This document shows positions 49,312-58,567 of a stretch of 64,000 bases of DNA, one piece after another (positions within the stretch are counted from its first letter, which is position 1; each line of letters starts with the position of its first letter). Location of the stretch: the NCBI RefSeq assembly GCF_028292965.1, contig NZ_JAQGLG010000026.1, forward strand, positions 31,384 through 95,383, in the 5' to 3' direction. This DNA is from Sphingomonas bacterium (GTDB taxonomy: Bacteria; Pseudomonadota; Alphaproteobacteria; Sphingomonadales; Sphingomonadaceae). The notes under the pieces are model-generated. The model did not search any database. It was not told where the DNA came from and saw only the letters and a program-made list of their open reading frames with translations. The position numbers were made by a program, and so were the translations under genes.

Positions 49312-49333
49312 CTATTGGCAACAGTAATACAAA
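49312..49333. promoter_or_regulatory. Candidate GntR operator CTATTG-N8-AATACAA
   Basis: Same half-sites and spacing as the palindrome at 55026-55049; lies in a divergent promoter region. Confidence 0.4.
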
Positions 49334-49402
49334 AACATTGACGCTCGGGGCGGCGAGCGATAACCCGATGGCATAACGCAGGCCTTTTTTCACAGACCAC
49401 AG

Positions 49403-50842
49403 GTGGCCATCATCTCGCCGACATCCGCAACCCCCGCCGCCGACGGACTTATGCGCGCCAGTGCCGGCTCGGTCGGCATCGACGCCGCGCGGGTCGCGGA
49501 CTTTATCGACGATGTCGAGGCGGCGGGGCTGGAACTGCACGACGTGATGCTGTGGCGCGACGGTGTCGTGGTGGCGGAGGGCTGGCACTGGCCCTACAGC
49601 GCCGAGCGGCGGCGCATGACGCATTCGATGACCAAGAGCATCACGGCCTGCGCCATCGGCATGCTGGTCGATGCCGGCCGCCTGTCGCTCGAGGACACGG
49701 TATGCAGCTTCTTCCCCGAGGCCGCGGTCGACCCGGCCAGCGCGACCGCGCGCATGACGATCGAGGATCTGCTGACGATGCGCTCGGGTCAGGGCAGCGA
49801 AGTGTCGGGGTCGATCTGGCGCGGCATCGCGACGAGCTGGATCGACGAGTTCTTCCGCATCCCGCTCGACCATGAACCCGGCACGGTACACGTCTATTCG
49901 AGCGCGGCGAGCTATATGCTGTCGGCGATCGTCACCCGCGTGACGGGCGAGACGATCCATGATTTCCTGACGCCGCGGCTGTTCGCCCCGCTCGGCATCA
50001 CCAATGTCACCTGGGACATTGGCCCCGACGGGGTCAATCCCGGTGGCAACGGGGTCAGCTTCACCATCGCCGATGGTCTGAAGCTCGGCATCCTGCACGC
50101 ACAGAAGGGCGTGTGGAACGGCCAGCGCCTGCTGTCCGAGCGCTGGGTCGAACAGGCGACGCGCGCGCAAGGCTCTCCGGAATATGGCTATCACTGGGTG
50201 ATCGGCGACACTTATTACGCGGCGCTCGGCCAGTTCGTGCAGATGATCGTGGTTTACCCCGGGGCCAATGCCGTACTCGCGCTGAACGGCGCGATGGAGG
50301 AAAGCAGCGTCCTGCTGCCGCACCTCAAGAAACATTTCCCCGCCGCCTTTGCAGGCGCGGGCGACGCGACTGCCGAAGTGGCGCTGACCGCGCGGCTGGC
50401 GGGCTGGGCCGAGATTCCTGCCTTGTCGTCGGTCGCAACGGGCGACGCGGCTGGTCTGGCGGGCGCATGGATCGTCGATGACAACGAGCTTGGTCTTACC
50501 CGGCTCGATTTCACCTTCGAGGACGATACACTGCGTTTCTCGATCACCGATCACGAAGGGACGCTTGCCGTCGTCGCGGGGCGTGACGGCTGGCACCTGG
50601 CGCCGACCTATCTGCCCGGCGCATCACTCCATCACGGCTATCGCCTGGAGGATGCGCCGACTTTCGCGGGCGCGCGCTGGCCGGCGGCGGATCGGCTCGA
50701 ACTGGTACTGCATTTCGTCGAGTCCGTGTTCCGCGACACCTTCACCTTCACCCGTGCGGGCAACCGGCTGACGATGGAGCGGCGGGTGAACATCAACTCG
50801 GCGGCGCGGGCTTGGCCTGTGGTGACGGCGACGCGGGGTTAG
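49403..50842 (+). CDS. Serine hydrolase, beta-lactamase/NylB-like family
   Basis: SMTK (SxxK), YSS (YxN variant), YGYHW and ALGQFVQ motifs. Confidence 0.85.
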   Translation: MAIISPTSATPAADGLMRASAGSVGIDAARVADFIDDVEAAGLELHDVMLWRDGVVVAEGWHWPYSAERRRMTHSMTKSITACAIGMLVDAGRLSLEDTVCSFFPEAAVDPASATARMTIEDLLTMRSGQGSEVSGSIWRGIATSWIDEFFRIPLDHEPGTVHVYSSAASYMLSAIVTRVTGETIHDFLTPRLFAPLGITNVTWDIGPDGVNPGGNGVSFTIADGLKLGILHAQKGVWNGQRLLSERWVEQATRAQGSPEYGYHWVIGDTYYAALGQFVQMIVVYPGANAVLALNGAMEESSVLLPHLKKHFPAAFAGAGDATAEVALTARLAGWAEIPALSSVATGDAAGLAGAWIVDDNELGLTRLDFTFEDDTLRFSITDHEGTLAVVAGRDGWHLAPTYLPGASLHHGYRLEDAPTFAGARWPAADRLELVLHFVESVFRDTFTFTRAGNRLTMERRVNINSAARAWPVVTATRG

Positions 50843-50867
50843 GCTGGGACTGAGTCCGGCCGCTTGA

Positions 50868-51163
50868 CCGTCATGCCGGACTTGTTCCGGCATCCACCAA
50901 GCGCAACTGCTCAGGCATAAGGAAGAATGGTCCACGCGGAGACGCGGAGACGCGGAGGAGTTGCGCTCGCTGCTCTCATCGCGCGTGAGCGCGAGACCTT
51001 TATTCAACAGCAGCCGAAGAGGAATGGGTCGACATTCGTCGATGCTCTTTCCGCAAGTGCGACACCTCCGCGTCTCCGCGTCTCCGCGTGAACCACTCTA
51101 TTTCCTTTCTCTGACCGGCACGTTCGCGGAACGGTGGATGCCGGAACAAGTCCGGCATGACGG
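50868..51163. repeat. Composite nested palindrome: outer REP pair with an inner (GACGCGGA)n-type pair
   Basis: Outer 31-bp perfect IR 50868-50898/51133-51163; inner 31-bp IR with 1 mismatch 50928-50958/51065-51095. Confidence 0.88.
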
Positions 51164-51213
51164 GATGAAAATACCGATGACGCCTCCCCCCATCGGGGAG
51201 AGGCGCAACGCGG

Positions 51214-52893
51214 TCACCGCACCACGGTCGGCCGGGTCGACGGCTCCCACACATCGCTTGTCGTGGCCACGAGTTGCTTCATCGTCGCCCAGGTGCGGCG
51301 GCCCGGGATCGTGGGCTGGTTGAACACCACGGCGCGGGCATAAGCGACGATGCGGTCCTGCACGCGGCGCTTCTCTGTCTCGGGCCAGGTCTCATAGGGG
51401 TGCGGGCCGCGCACCACGACCAGATCCTTCAGGCCGTTCACGCGACTATACGCCCCGACCTCGCCTTCGAGCCCATCGGCATAGCACCACAGGCCGCGCG
51501 CGAAGAAGGCGCTGGGCCATTTGTGCATGCCGGCAAGGATCGCCGAGCTGGGGAAGAAGACGATGTTGTTCTCGACCTCGATGCCGCCGATGAACAGCCC
51601 GCGATCACGCCCCGGGCCGCGCCCGTCGTCCTTGGGCGTGGTCTCGGATTCGAGGTAGCCGACGCCGCTGGAGAAGTCGGCGATCAGGATGACGCCGCGG
51701 ATGTTCGGGTCACGCCTCGGCGCACCGCAGCTGATCACCGCCAGATCGTAGCTGCAATCCTTGTCGAAGTTGATCGTCATCGCCCAGCCACTCGCCTTGG
51801 GGCCGCGCGAGCTGCCCATGAAGAACACCGGCAAGCCGCCGCCAGGTGCGCCGCCGTGCACCACGGTCGCGGCCTCGGCACCGTGCGTTACGCGCTGGTC
51901 GGGCCCGAGTGCGCGCATGCCCTTGCCGGTGCGCAGAGCAGCCGCGATGTCGAGCAGGTCATGGCCCTGCTGCAAGGTGTTGGTGTCGCTGTAGCCACCC
52001 GAGATGCCGATGCCGCGGCGGTCCATCGCCAGCACGTCGAAGCCGGCCTGGTGCAGGCGGTACCACATCGCATGCCAGTAGCGGCCACCCTGCGCGCCGG
52101 TTTTGGCGCTGGGCCAATCGTCGTTGGGGATCGTCTCGCCGCTGTTCGGATCGACGACATAGGCCTTGTCCGACGGATCATCGATCGCGGTGACGCGGTC
52201 GCCACCGCCGCCGTTCATGATGATCAGCGTGCGTTTGCGCCCGCCCTTGCCGTCGGACACGCCGGCGCCGCGCATGTACCAGCCGCGCAGCTTGATATCG
52301 CCGATCATGCCCCGGTGCAGTCGCTCATAGGCTTCGACCGGCGCGGTGAACTCGACGACATATGTCTGCGGATCGGCGGCGGCGATCGGCTCGTCATAGG
52401 GCGCGCGGGCATAGAAAGCCGGGCGACGGATCTGGGTGAGATCGGTGTCGCCGCCCTTCTCGTCGATCTTGCCGAGCAGGAACCGCGCATGCGGATCGGT
52501 CAGCGCATATTCCTTGTTCGGCGGATGGCGCTTGAGCACCTGATCGTAGACGCGCTTGTGGCAGGCATCGTCCTTCTTGCACGCCTCCCAGCGCTCGCGC
52601 AGCTTGGCGTCGGTGAACTCGTCGACATAGAAGTCGCCCTGATAGCCGGCCGGCGGATGCGCCAGGGTCGTGGTGAAGGGAATGCAGGTCTTCGGACCCG
52701 CCGAGGTCGGCAGCAGATAGCCCGGCAGCGTCAGGTCGCGATCATAGGCGACGCGCGCGGTGCAATCGGTCGGCTCGATCAGCACGGGTGTCGGCACGCG
52801 CGCGGGCCGGGCGTGGTTCTTCGCGTTGCCGCCGGCGACGCCGAGCACGAGCAACGCGAGCGCCCCCGCCAAGGCCGTGATCTGGGCTCTCAT
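51214..52893 (-). CDS. Secreted hypothetical protein with probable alpha/beta-hydrolase fold
   Basis: Signal peptide; AGGAGA RBS; LRGWY, GFDVLAMDRRGIGISGG and GSSRG (GxSxG) motifs. Confidence 0.7.
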   Translation of the reverse strand: MRAQITALAGALALLVLGVAGGNAKNHARPARVPTPVLIEPTDCTARVAYDRDLTLPGYLLPTSAGPKTCIPFTTTLAHPPAGYQGDFYVDEFTDAKLRERWEACKKDDACHKRVYDQVLKRHPPNKEYALTDPHARFLLGKIDEKGGDTDLTQIRRPAFYARAPYDEPIAAADPQTYVVEFTAPVEAYERLHRGMIGDIKLRGWYMRGAGVSDGKGGRKRTLIIMNGGGGDRVTAIDDPSDKAYVVDPNSGETIPNDDWPSAKTGAQGGRYWHAMWYRLHQAGFDVLAMDRRGIGISGGYSDTNTLQQGHDLLDIAAALRTGKGMRALGPDQRVTHGAEAATVVHGGAPGGGLPVFFMGSSRGPKASGWAMTINFDKDCSYDLAVISCGAPRRDPNIRGVILIADFSSGVGYLESETTPKDDGRGPGRDRGLFIGGIEVENNIVFFPSSAILAGMHKWPSAFFARGLWCYADGLEGEVGAYSRVNGLKDLVVVRGPHPYETWPETEKRRVQDRIVAYARAVVFNQPTIPGRRTWATMKQLVATTSDVWEPSTRPTVVR

Positions 52894-52912
52894 GACATTT
52901 CTCCTGTTCATT

Positions 52913-53956
52913 TTATAGATCGGCAAAGCGCGCGGGGAGCGCGAAGCCGTTGGCGAAACGATCGTGGCGTTCGGCGATGAACTCGCTACGCGCGGCGTAA
53001 TAAGCGCGGCCGGCGACGCGCACGCGTGACACCAGCCCGGCTTCTCGCCGCTCGGCGGAGGCGAGTGTGCCGCGAAATCCTTCGCCGGAAACGCCGCGAA
53101 TCTCGCACGTCTGCCCCACGGACATCTCGCCGCGCGCGGCGGCAAGGGCGATGCGCGCGGTGACGCCGCTGCCGGTCGGCGAGCGATCGATCTGACCTTC
53201 GGCGAAGATGCACAGATTATAGCTCGGCGCCCCGCGATGATCGCCGAGCGCGACATCGTCGGTGAGGATCGTGCCGTAGAGAAAGCCGAGATCGCGCTCG
53301 CCGGGGTGGACGATCGTCAGGGCGCGACGCGCGGCGTCGGTGATCGCGACGCCTGCCGCGACCAGCGTCTCGAGTGGCGTATCCCTGAGCGACAGGCCGA
53401 GCCGCGATGCGGGCAGGATCGCATAATAGGCCCCGCCAAAGGCAATATCGACGCGCACCACGCCAAAGCCTGGCACCTCGACCCGCCGGTCGAGCTGGCC
53501 GGCAAAGGATTCGACACTCTCGAACGTCACCAGCGGCGCGTCGTCGCCGGTCGCGTCGACCTCGACCCGCACCACGCCGCATGGCGCCTCCAGTGTGAAG
53601 TTCGCGCGGCCGTCTGTCAGCGCGATGCGCCCGCTGTCGACCGCCCAGCGACCGATGGCGATCGTCGCGTGGCCGCACATCGTGCTGTAGCCTTCCTGAT
53701 GGGTGAACAGCACCGCGAGATCGGCATCGGGGTGGCTCGGCGCGACCGGGATGACGCCGTACATGCCGGCATGGCCGCGCGGCTCGAGCATCAGCATGCG
53801 GCGCAGATGATCGAAACGGGTCAGCGCGTCGCGGCGCTTTTCGAGGATCGTCGCGCCGTGCAATTCGGGATAACCCGCCTCGACGATCCGCACCGGTTCG
53901 GCGGCCGTGTGCATATCGACGACGCGGATCGTGCGCGGTGTGGCGGCGTCGGTCAT
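52913..53956 (-). CDS. Proline racemase family, Cys/Thr type (trans-3-hydroxy-L-proline dehydratase-like)
   Basis: DMHT..EP.R, EPRGH..MYG, MCGH and DRSPTGSG (Thr replacing the second Cys). Confidence 0.85.
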   Translation of the reverse strand: MTDAATPRTIRVVDMHTAAEPVRIVEAGYPELHGATILEKRRDALTRFDHLRRMLMLEPRGHAGMYGVIPVAPSHPDADLAVLFTHQEGYSTMCGHATIAIGRWAVDSGRIALTDGRANFTLEAPCGVVRVEVDATGDDAPLVTFESVESFAGQLDRRVEVPGFGVVRVDIAFGGAYYAILPASRLGLSLRDTPLETLVAAGVAITDAARRALTIVHPGERDLGFLYGTILTDDVALGDHRGAPSYNLCIFAEGQIDRSPTGSGVTARIALAAARGEMSVGQTCEIRGVSGEGFRGTLASAERREAGLVSRVRVAGRAYYAARSEFIAERHDRFANGFALPARFADL

Positions 53957-53957
53957 G

Positions 53958-54917
53958 TCAGGCGCTTTCCGACAGCGCGTCGCGCACGAGAGTGGCAGCA
54001 ACCAGATCGGCGACGGCAGTGCCCACGGCCTTGAAGATGGTGAGTTCGTCCGCAGACCGGCGCGCCGGTGTGCGCCCGACGCACAGATCGGCGAGCAAAC
54101 CCACATCTTCGGCACGCAACGCGCCGTTGGCGATCGGCCCGACAAGATCGCCGGCCTCGGCGAGCGCGTCGGGTGTATCGACATAGACCCGGCCGCGCGC
54201 GAAACAGGCATCGTCCGCCTCACGCATCGCCGGGGTGAAGCTGCCGATCAGGTCGAGATGCGTGCCGGGGCGAAGCCAGTCGGCGCGGATCAGCGGCGTG
54301 GTCGCGGGGGTGGCGCAGGAGATGATGTCGGCCTGACCGGCTGCCGCCTCAAGCGACGAGACCGCGATGGCGTCGACGCCATCGGCGCGGAATTGCACTG
54401 CCAATATCTCCGCTTTGGCCGGATCGCGGTTCCAGATCGCCACCCGGCGGACCGGGCGCACCGCGGCGAAAGCGGCGGGCGCGAGCCGCGCAATGCGCCC
54501 CGTTCCGACGACAAGCAGCGACGTCGCATCCTCGCGGGCGAGCAGTGAAGCGGCGAGCGCCGACACCGCGATCGTGCGGCGCGCGGTGATCGTATCGCCG
54601 TCGAGCAGCGCGAGCGGTCGGCCGGTCGCGGCGTCGCACAGCAGGTAGGTGCTGTAGACGCTGGGCAGGCCGCGTACATTGTTGCTGGGGAAGACGGTGG
54701 CGATCTTTATGCCGAGACTCTCGCCCTGCCAGGCGGGCATCAGCAACAGCACGCCGTCTTCGCCATTGCCCGGCGCGATGTGATGGTGATGGCGTGGCGG
54801 CGCGACGGCGCCGCCCGCGAAGCTCGTCCGCAAGGCCGCGATGAGCGCCTCGAACGGCAGCGCGGCAGCCGTGCGCGCGGCATCGATGAGGGGGATGGTC
54901 GCGTTCGCCTCCGCCAT
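53958..54917 (-). CDS. Ornithine cyclodeaminase/mu-crystallin family (Delta1-pyrroline-2-carboxylate reductase LhpI-like)
   Basis: LLLMPAW, ITARRT, GTG, HLDLIGSFTPAMRE and FKAVG motifs; adjacent to the Cys/Thr dehydratase. Confidence 0.82.
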   Translation of the reverse strand: MAEANATIPLIDAARTAAALPFEALIAALRTSFAGGAVAPPRHHHHIAPGNGEDGVLLLMPAWQGESLGIKIATVFPSNNVRGLPSVYSTYLLCDAATGRPLALLDGDTITARRTIAVSALAASLLAREDATSLLVVGTGRIARLAPAAFAAVRPVRRVAIWNRDPAKAEILAVQFRADGVDAIAVSSLEAAAGQADIISCATPATTPLIRADWLRPGTHLDLIGSFTPAMREADDACFARGRVYVDTPDALAEAGDLVGPIANGALRAEDVGLLADLCVGRTPARRSADELTIFKAVGTAVADLVAATLVRDALSESA

Positions 54918-55025
54918 CGCGCTCAGCCGGGTGTGCCAGCGCGCGCACGTGCCGGATCAATGGAGGACAATAGCGAGTCGCCGAACGGCATGCGTCACAC
55001 CCTCATGGAGTGCGACTGTTTTGTC

Positions 55026-55049
55026 CTATTGAATTATAAAATACAATAG
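55026..55049. promoter_or_regulatory. AT-rich palindrome CTATTGAATTATAAAATACAATAG, candidate GntR operator
   Basis: 20 of 24 positions self-complementary; about 110 bp upstream of the lhpI-like gene. Confidence 0.55.
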
Positions 55050-55084
55050 TAAAATAGTTGGTGCTCATCCGTCCAAGGCGTGGT

Positions 55085-55163
55085 CGTGTTCCTGCGAAAG
55101 CAGGAACCCAGAGCCACGAACGCACCGCTTGCGACCCTGGGCTCCTGCTTTCGCAGGAGAACG
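55085..55163. repeat. REP-like inverted-repeat element
   Basis: Arms CGTGTTCCTGCGAAAGCAGGAACCCAG and CTGGGCTCCTGCTTTCGCAGGAGAACG. Confidence 0.82.
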
Positions 55164-55192
55164 AGACGCGAGTGGATGGAGCGCAAAATTGT

Positions 55193-56113
55193 TCAGACGG
55201 TCGGCTCGGCATCGCGCGCCAAGGTGAGATGCGCCTTCATCAGCTCGTACGCGCGAACGTTATCGCTCACGTCGAGCGCATCCATGATGCCGAGATGCTC
55301 GTCGATCGAATCCGCGACGCGCTCCGCACCGTTGATCCACTGGATGTTGAGGAACGAGCGCAGCTTGTTCTGGCGCTGCACGGCGTCGAGCAGATAACGG
55401 TTGCCCGAGCAGCGCGCGAGTTGCTCGTGGAAATCGGTGTTGAGCGCGAACAGCTCCACCGCCAGCGTATCGCGCCATGGGCGCTTGCGAAAGGCGAGAT
55501 GCTGGGAGCGGCTGCGATCGAGCCATTCGCGGTCGAGCTCGAAGGTCGATTCGATCAGGCCGGCGGGCTCGATCAGGCCGCGAAAGGAATAGCTGTCAGC
55601 GCGCGCGCGGGCCGAGTTGATCGGTAGGGTGAACGACCAGCCATTGCCCGGCTTGCGCTCGACCAGGCCGAGTTCGCCGAGCTGGCGCAGCACGCGCAGC
55701 ACGGTCGGCAGCTTCGCGTCGAACAGCCGCGCCACCTCGAGCTGGCTGCACTGGTCGGGCATGCGGCCCTGGTTGCGCGCCTCAGCGATGGCGATGAACA
55801 GGCGGTGGTCCTCTTCATCCTCCGGATTGACCACCTCCAGTTCGGGCGCCTGGGTGACGGGGCCGCGCAGCACATAACCGCGATTGGCGCGCGCCTCGAC
55901 CGCGCCCTGCTCGGCAAGGAGCTTGAGCGCGCCACGCACCGGCGTGCGCGAGACGTCGAAATGGCGGCACAAATCGAGTTCGACGAGATGATGCCCGGGG
56001 CCGGCGCCCTGTTCCTTGAGCATGCGCAGGATGCGCGCCGCGAGATCGGCCTGCAACCGGCTGGCGCGCGGGGCGCTGGCCGAATTGTCTTTCAGAGCCG
56101 CGAGTTGTGCCAT
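55193..56113 (-). CDS. GntR family regulator with tandem winged-HTH domains plus FCD
   Basis: HTH1 ELDLCRHFDVSRTPVRGAL; HTH2 VARLFDAKLPTVLRVLRQLGELGLVERKPGNGW; FCD motifs FHEQL, SGN and EH..I. Confidence 0.87.
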   Translation of the reverse strand: MAQLAALKDNSASAPRASRLQADLAARILRMLKEQGAGPGHHLVELDLCRHFDVSRTPVRGALKLLAEQGAVEARANRGYVLRGPVTQAPELEVVNPEDEEDHRLFIAIAEARNQGRMPDQCSQLEVARLFDAKLPTVLRVLRQLGELGLVERKPGNGWSFTLPINSARARADSYSFRGLIEPAGLIESTFELDREWLDRSRSQHLAFRKRPWRDTLAVELFALNTDFHEQLARCSGNRYLLDAVQRQNKLRSFLNIQWINGAERVADSIDEHLGIMDALDVSDNVRAYELMKAHLTLARDAEPTV

Positions 56114-56185
56114 GCCAGGTCATCTTTCCGCACCGATAGTCGAGGTGGCGGATTACACTTTCGATCGCAAGGATGCAAAGCCTGA

Positions 56186-56219
56186 GCGCCCGGTCTCGCA
56201 AGGAAGCGGGACCGGGCGC
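56186..56219. terminator. GC-rich hairpin downstream of the TBDR
   Basis: GCGCCCGGTCTCGC...GCGGGACCGGGCGC stem; weak U-tract. Confidence 0.4.
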
Positions 56220-56267
56220 GATAATGAGGAGGCGGGGCGAGCGACATGGTGGTGTCGCCCTTGCCGC

Positions 56268-58442
56268 TCAATATTTGAAGGCGAGCGAGAACTTCACCAC
56301 GCTCGGCGTATTCTCGGCGAGCGAGCTTGCGCCGACCGAGGCCCAGTAGCGCTTGCCGGTGATGTTCTGCCCGTTGACGCGGGCAACGAGCTCATGGCCG
56401 TCCAGCTTGAATGTGTAGGAGCCGCCCAGGTCGAACGTGGTGTAGGGCGAGGTGAAGGCCTGGTTGTTGGCGTTAACCGCCTGCGATCCGGTATGGTAGG
56501 CACCCGCCGTCACCTTCAGGCCCTGATCGAGCCAGGACAGGCGATATTCGCCCGACACCGACCAGCTGTTCTTCGGCGTGCCGTCGACTCGCAAGCCGTC
56601 GATGATCGGCTGATCACGATAGTGCGCCGACAACACCATGCCCGCGACGTTCAGCGCGAGATCGGGGATGACATAGCCCGTGAGGCTGAATTCGAAGCCC
56701 TCGTAAAGCTGGCGGCCACCGACGTAATAATGCGGCGTCGCCGTGCCTGGCAGGTTGGCGGTATAGGCAGCACCACGATCGATACGGAAATAGGCCGCCT
56801 GGAACAGCAGGTTCGAGCGTGGCTGCAATTTCAGGCCGGCTTCATATTCGGTGCTGACCGTCGGCGCGAAAATCTCGGTCGCATTGTCGGCCGTGCTGGG
56901 TGCCGCGGGCGTTTCCTCCAGGCCCTGGATATAGGTGCCGTAGAGGCTGGCCCATTTCACCGGCTTGACCAGGAAACCACCCGAATAGGAGGTCGGCTTG
57001 GCGGTGTAGGGCGTCTTGGTGATGAGATTGATCGAGCCGTCATTCTTGTAGTCGCTGTAGCGTATGCCGCCGAGCAGCTGGACGACGTCGTTGAAGCTCA
57101 GCCGATCGAAGAAATAGATGCCCTTGTCGTCGATGCGCGAAACCGGCGGCAGCGCCGAATAAGGGATGCCCGGATTGGGAATGAAGACCGGATTGATGAA
57201 ATTCTGCGCAAACGGCACGCGGACATTGGCAGACGAGGCGTTGGCGCGGAGGGTGCGCGAGGCGCCGATCAGCATTTCGTTGCGGACATTGCCGAAGCGC
57301 AGCGTGCCGTTGAGTTCGAGCGCATAATTGGTGTTGAGAAACACCGCCTGCTGCCCCGAGAAGCGCACCGTACCCGCGCCGTAGCTCGCACTGCTGGGGT
57401 CGATCGACGTGGTCAGGTTGGCCAGCGTCAATTGCGGGTTGTTGCGAAAACGCACCATCCGCGACTGGCCGAAATAGGTCGACAGGTTCCAGTCGCGGTT
57501 GAACTTGTAGACCGCCTTGCCGAGATAGTTGAACTCGTGCGTGCGGTTGGAATCCCAGTCGGCGCCGGCGGGGTTGACCTTGGGGTTGAGCAGATCGACA
57601 TTCGGGATGTTGATCGCGGCGGTGCCGGTGGCGGGAAGCAGCAGGAAGGCCGGCTCGACGATGTCCTTCTGAAACCATTCGACGTCGGCAGTGATCGTCA
57701 GCTTGTCGGTCGGCTTGAGGTCGAACGCACCGGCGGCCATGTAGCGCGAGCCGCGCGCATAGGTGATGCCGGTGTCAAGATGCGCGGCGAGTGCGTTCAC
57801 GCGATACCCGAAGATGCCCTTGGTGTCGCCGATATCGACATTCCCGCCAACGCCGCGATTGCTGTCGCCGAACATGTTCGCGGAGAAGGACAGCTCCTGC
57901 GTCGGGCGCTTCATCGTCAGGTTGACGATGCCGGCCGGGGACGAAAAGCCGTAATAAAGCGCCGATGCGCCCTTCAGCACTTCGACCCGGTCCTTGTCCT
58001 CGAGCGGGAAAGCAGTGGCGGAAATGATATTGAGCGAGCCGTCCAGGCGGAAGTTGGCGCGCGTATCCGCGGTAATGCCGCGAATGGTGATATTCTGATA
58101 GGCGACCGTGCCGGTGCTGGTCGACGACACACCTGGCGTATTGCGGACCGCGTCGATCAATTCGACCGCCTGCTGGGACTCCAGCATGGCCGAAGGGATG
58201 ACGGCGATCGTCAGCGGCGTGTCCAGCACCTTGGCGTTGCGGAAGCTGCCCGACTGGACGACGTCGGTACCGAAGCGGTTGTTGCGCTCGCCGGTGACGA
58301 CGATGTCGCCGCTATCCTCCGGGGCCGGCTGCGCGGCGGGTTTTACCGGGGGAGCGGACTGAGCGATAGCGGGCAGAGCGCCCACGATCGAAAGGGCTGC
58401 TGCGCCGGCCATCAACCTACGACGGATGTTCGTGCTCATCAT
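56268..58442 (-). CDS. TonB-dependent receptor (siderophore-receptor-like)
   Basis: DIVVTGER, LDTPLTIAVIP, RVEVLKGASALYYG..SPAGIVN; C-terminal Y. Confidence 0.92.
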   Translation of the reverse strand: MMSTNIRRRLMAGAAALSIVGALPAIAQSAPPVKPAAQPAPEDSGDIVVTGERNNRFGTDVVQSGSFRNAKVLDTPLTIAVIPSAMLESQQAVELIDAVRNTPGVSSTSTGTVAYQNITIRGITADTRANFRLDGSLNIISATAFPLEDKDRVEVLKGASALYYGFSSPAGIVNLTMKRPTQELSFSANMFGDSNRGVGGNVDIGDTKGIFGYRVNALAAHLDTGITYARGSRYMAAGAFDLKPTDKLTITADVEWFQKDIVEPAFLLLPATGTAAINIPNVDLLNPKVNPAGADWDSNRTHEFNYLGKAVYKFNRDWNLSTYFGQSRMVRFRNNPQLTLANLTTSIDPSSASYGAGTVRFSGQQAVFLNTNYALELNGTLRFGNVRNEMLIGASRTLRANASSANVRVPFAQNFINPVFIPNPGIPYSALPPVSRIDDKGIYFFDRLSFNDVVQLLGGIRYSDYKNDGSINLITKTPYTAKPTSYSGGFLVKPVKWASLYGTYIQGLEETPAAPSTADNATEIFAPTVSTEYEAGLKLQPRSNLLFQAAYFRIDRGAAYTANLPGTATPHYYVGGRQLYEGFEFSLTGYVIPDLALNVAGMVLSAHYRDQPIIDGLRVDGTPKNSWSVSGEYRLSWLDQGLKVTAGAYHTGSQAVNANNQAFTSPYTTFDLGGSYTFKLDGHELVARVNGQNITGKRYWASVGASSLAENTPSVVKFSLAFKY

Positions 58443-58567
58443 CGTTTCCCAACCCTTTGTTTCCGAGCGTGCGCCTGTGTTGGCATTATCGCTCATTGCC
58501 GATGTACTATTGGTAACGATAATGTCTCATTGTACTTTGTAAAGTCGAAAATACATCGACAGGAGAA

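Noticed and set aside
50624-51323. Small ORFs containing WMPEQVRHD / TRRRGDAE peptides; likewise ORFs across the 8360, 28491, 31606, 45205 and 55085 repeats
   Set aside because: These are translations of palindromic repeats, not supported genes.
58513-58532. Fur box upstream of the siderophore-like TBDR (AACGATAATGTCTCATT)
   Set aside because: It is palindromic, but the spacing is shorter than the 19-bp Fur consensus and it overlaps the candidate GntR motif; not supportable.
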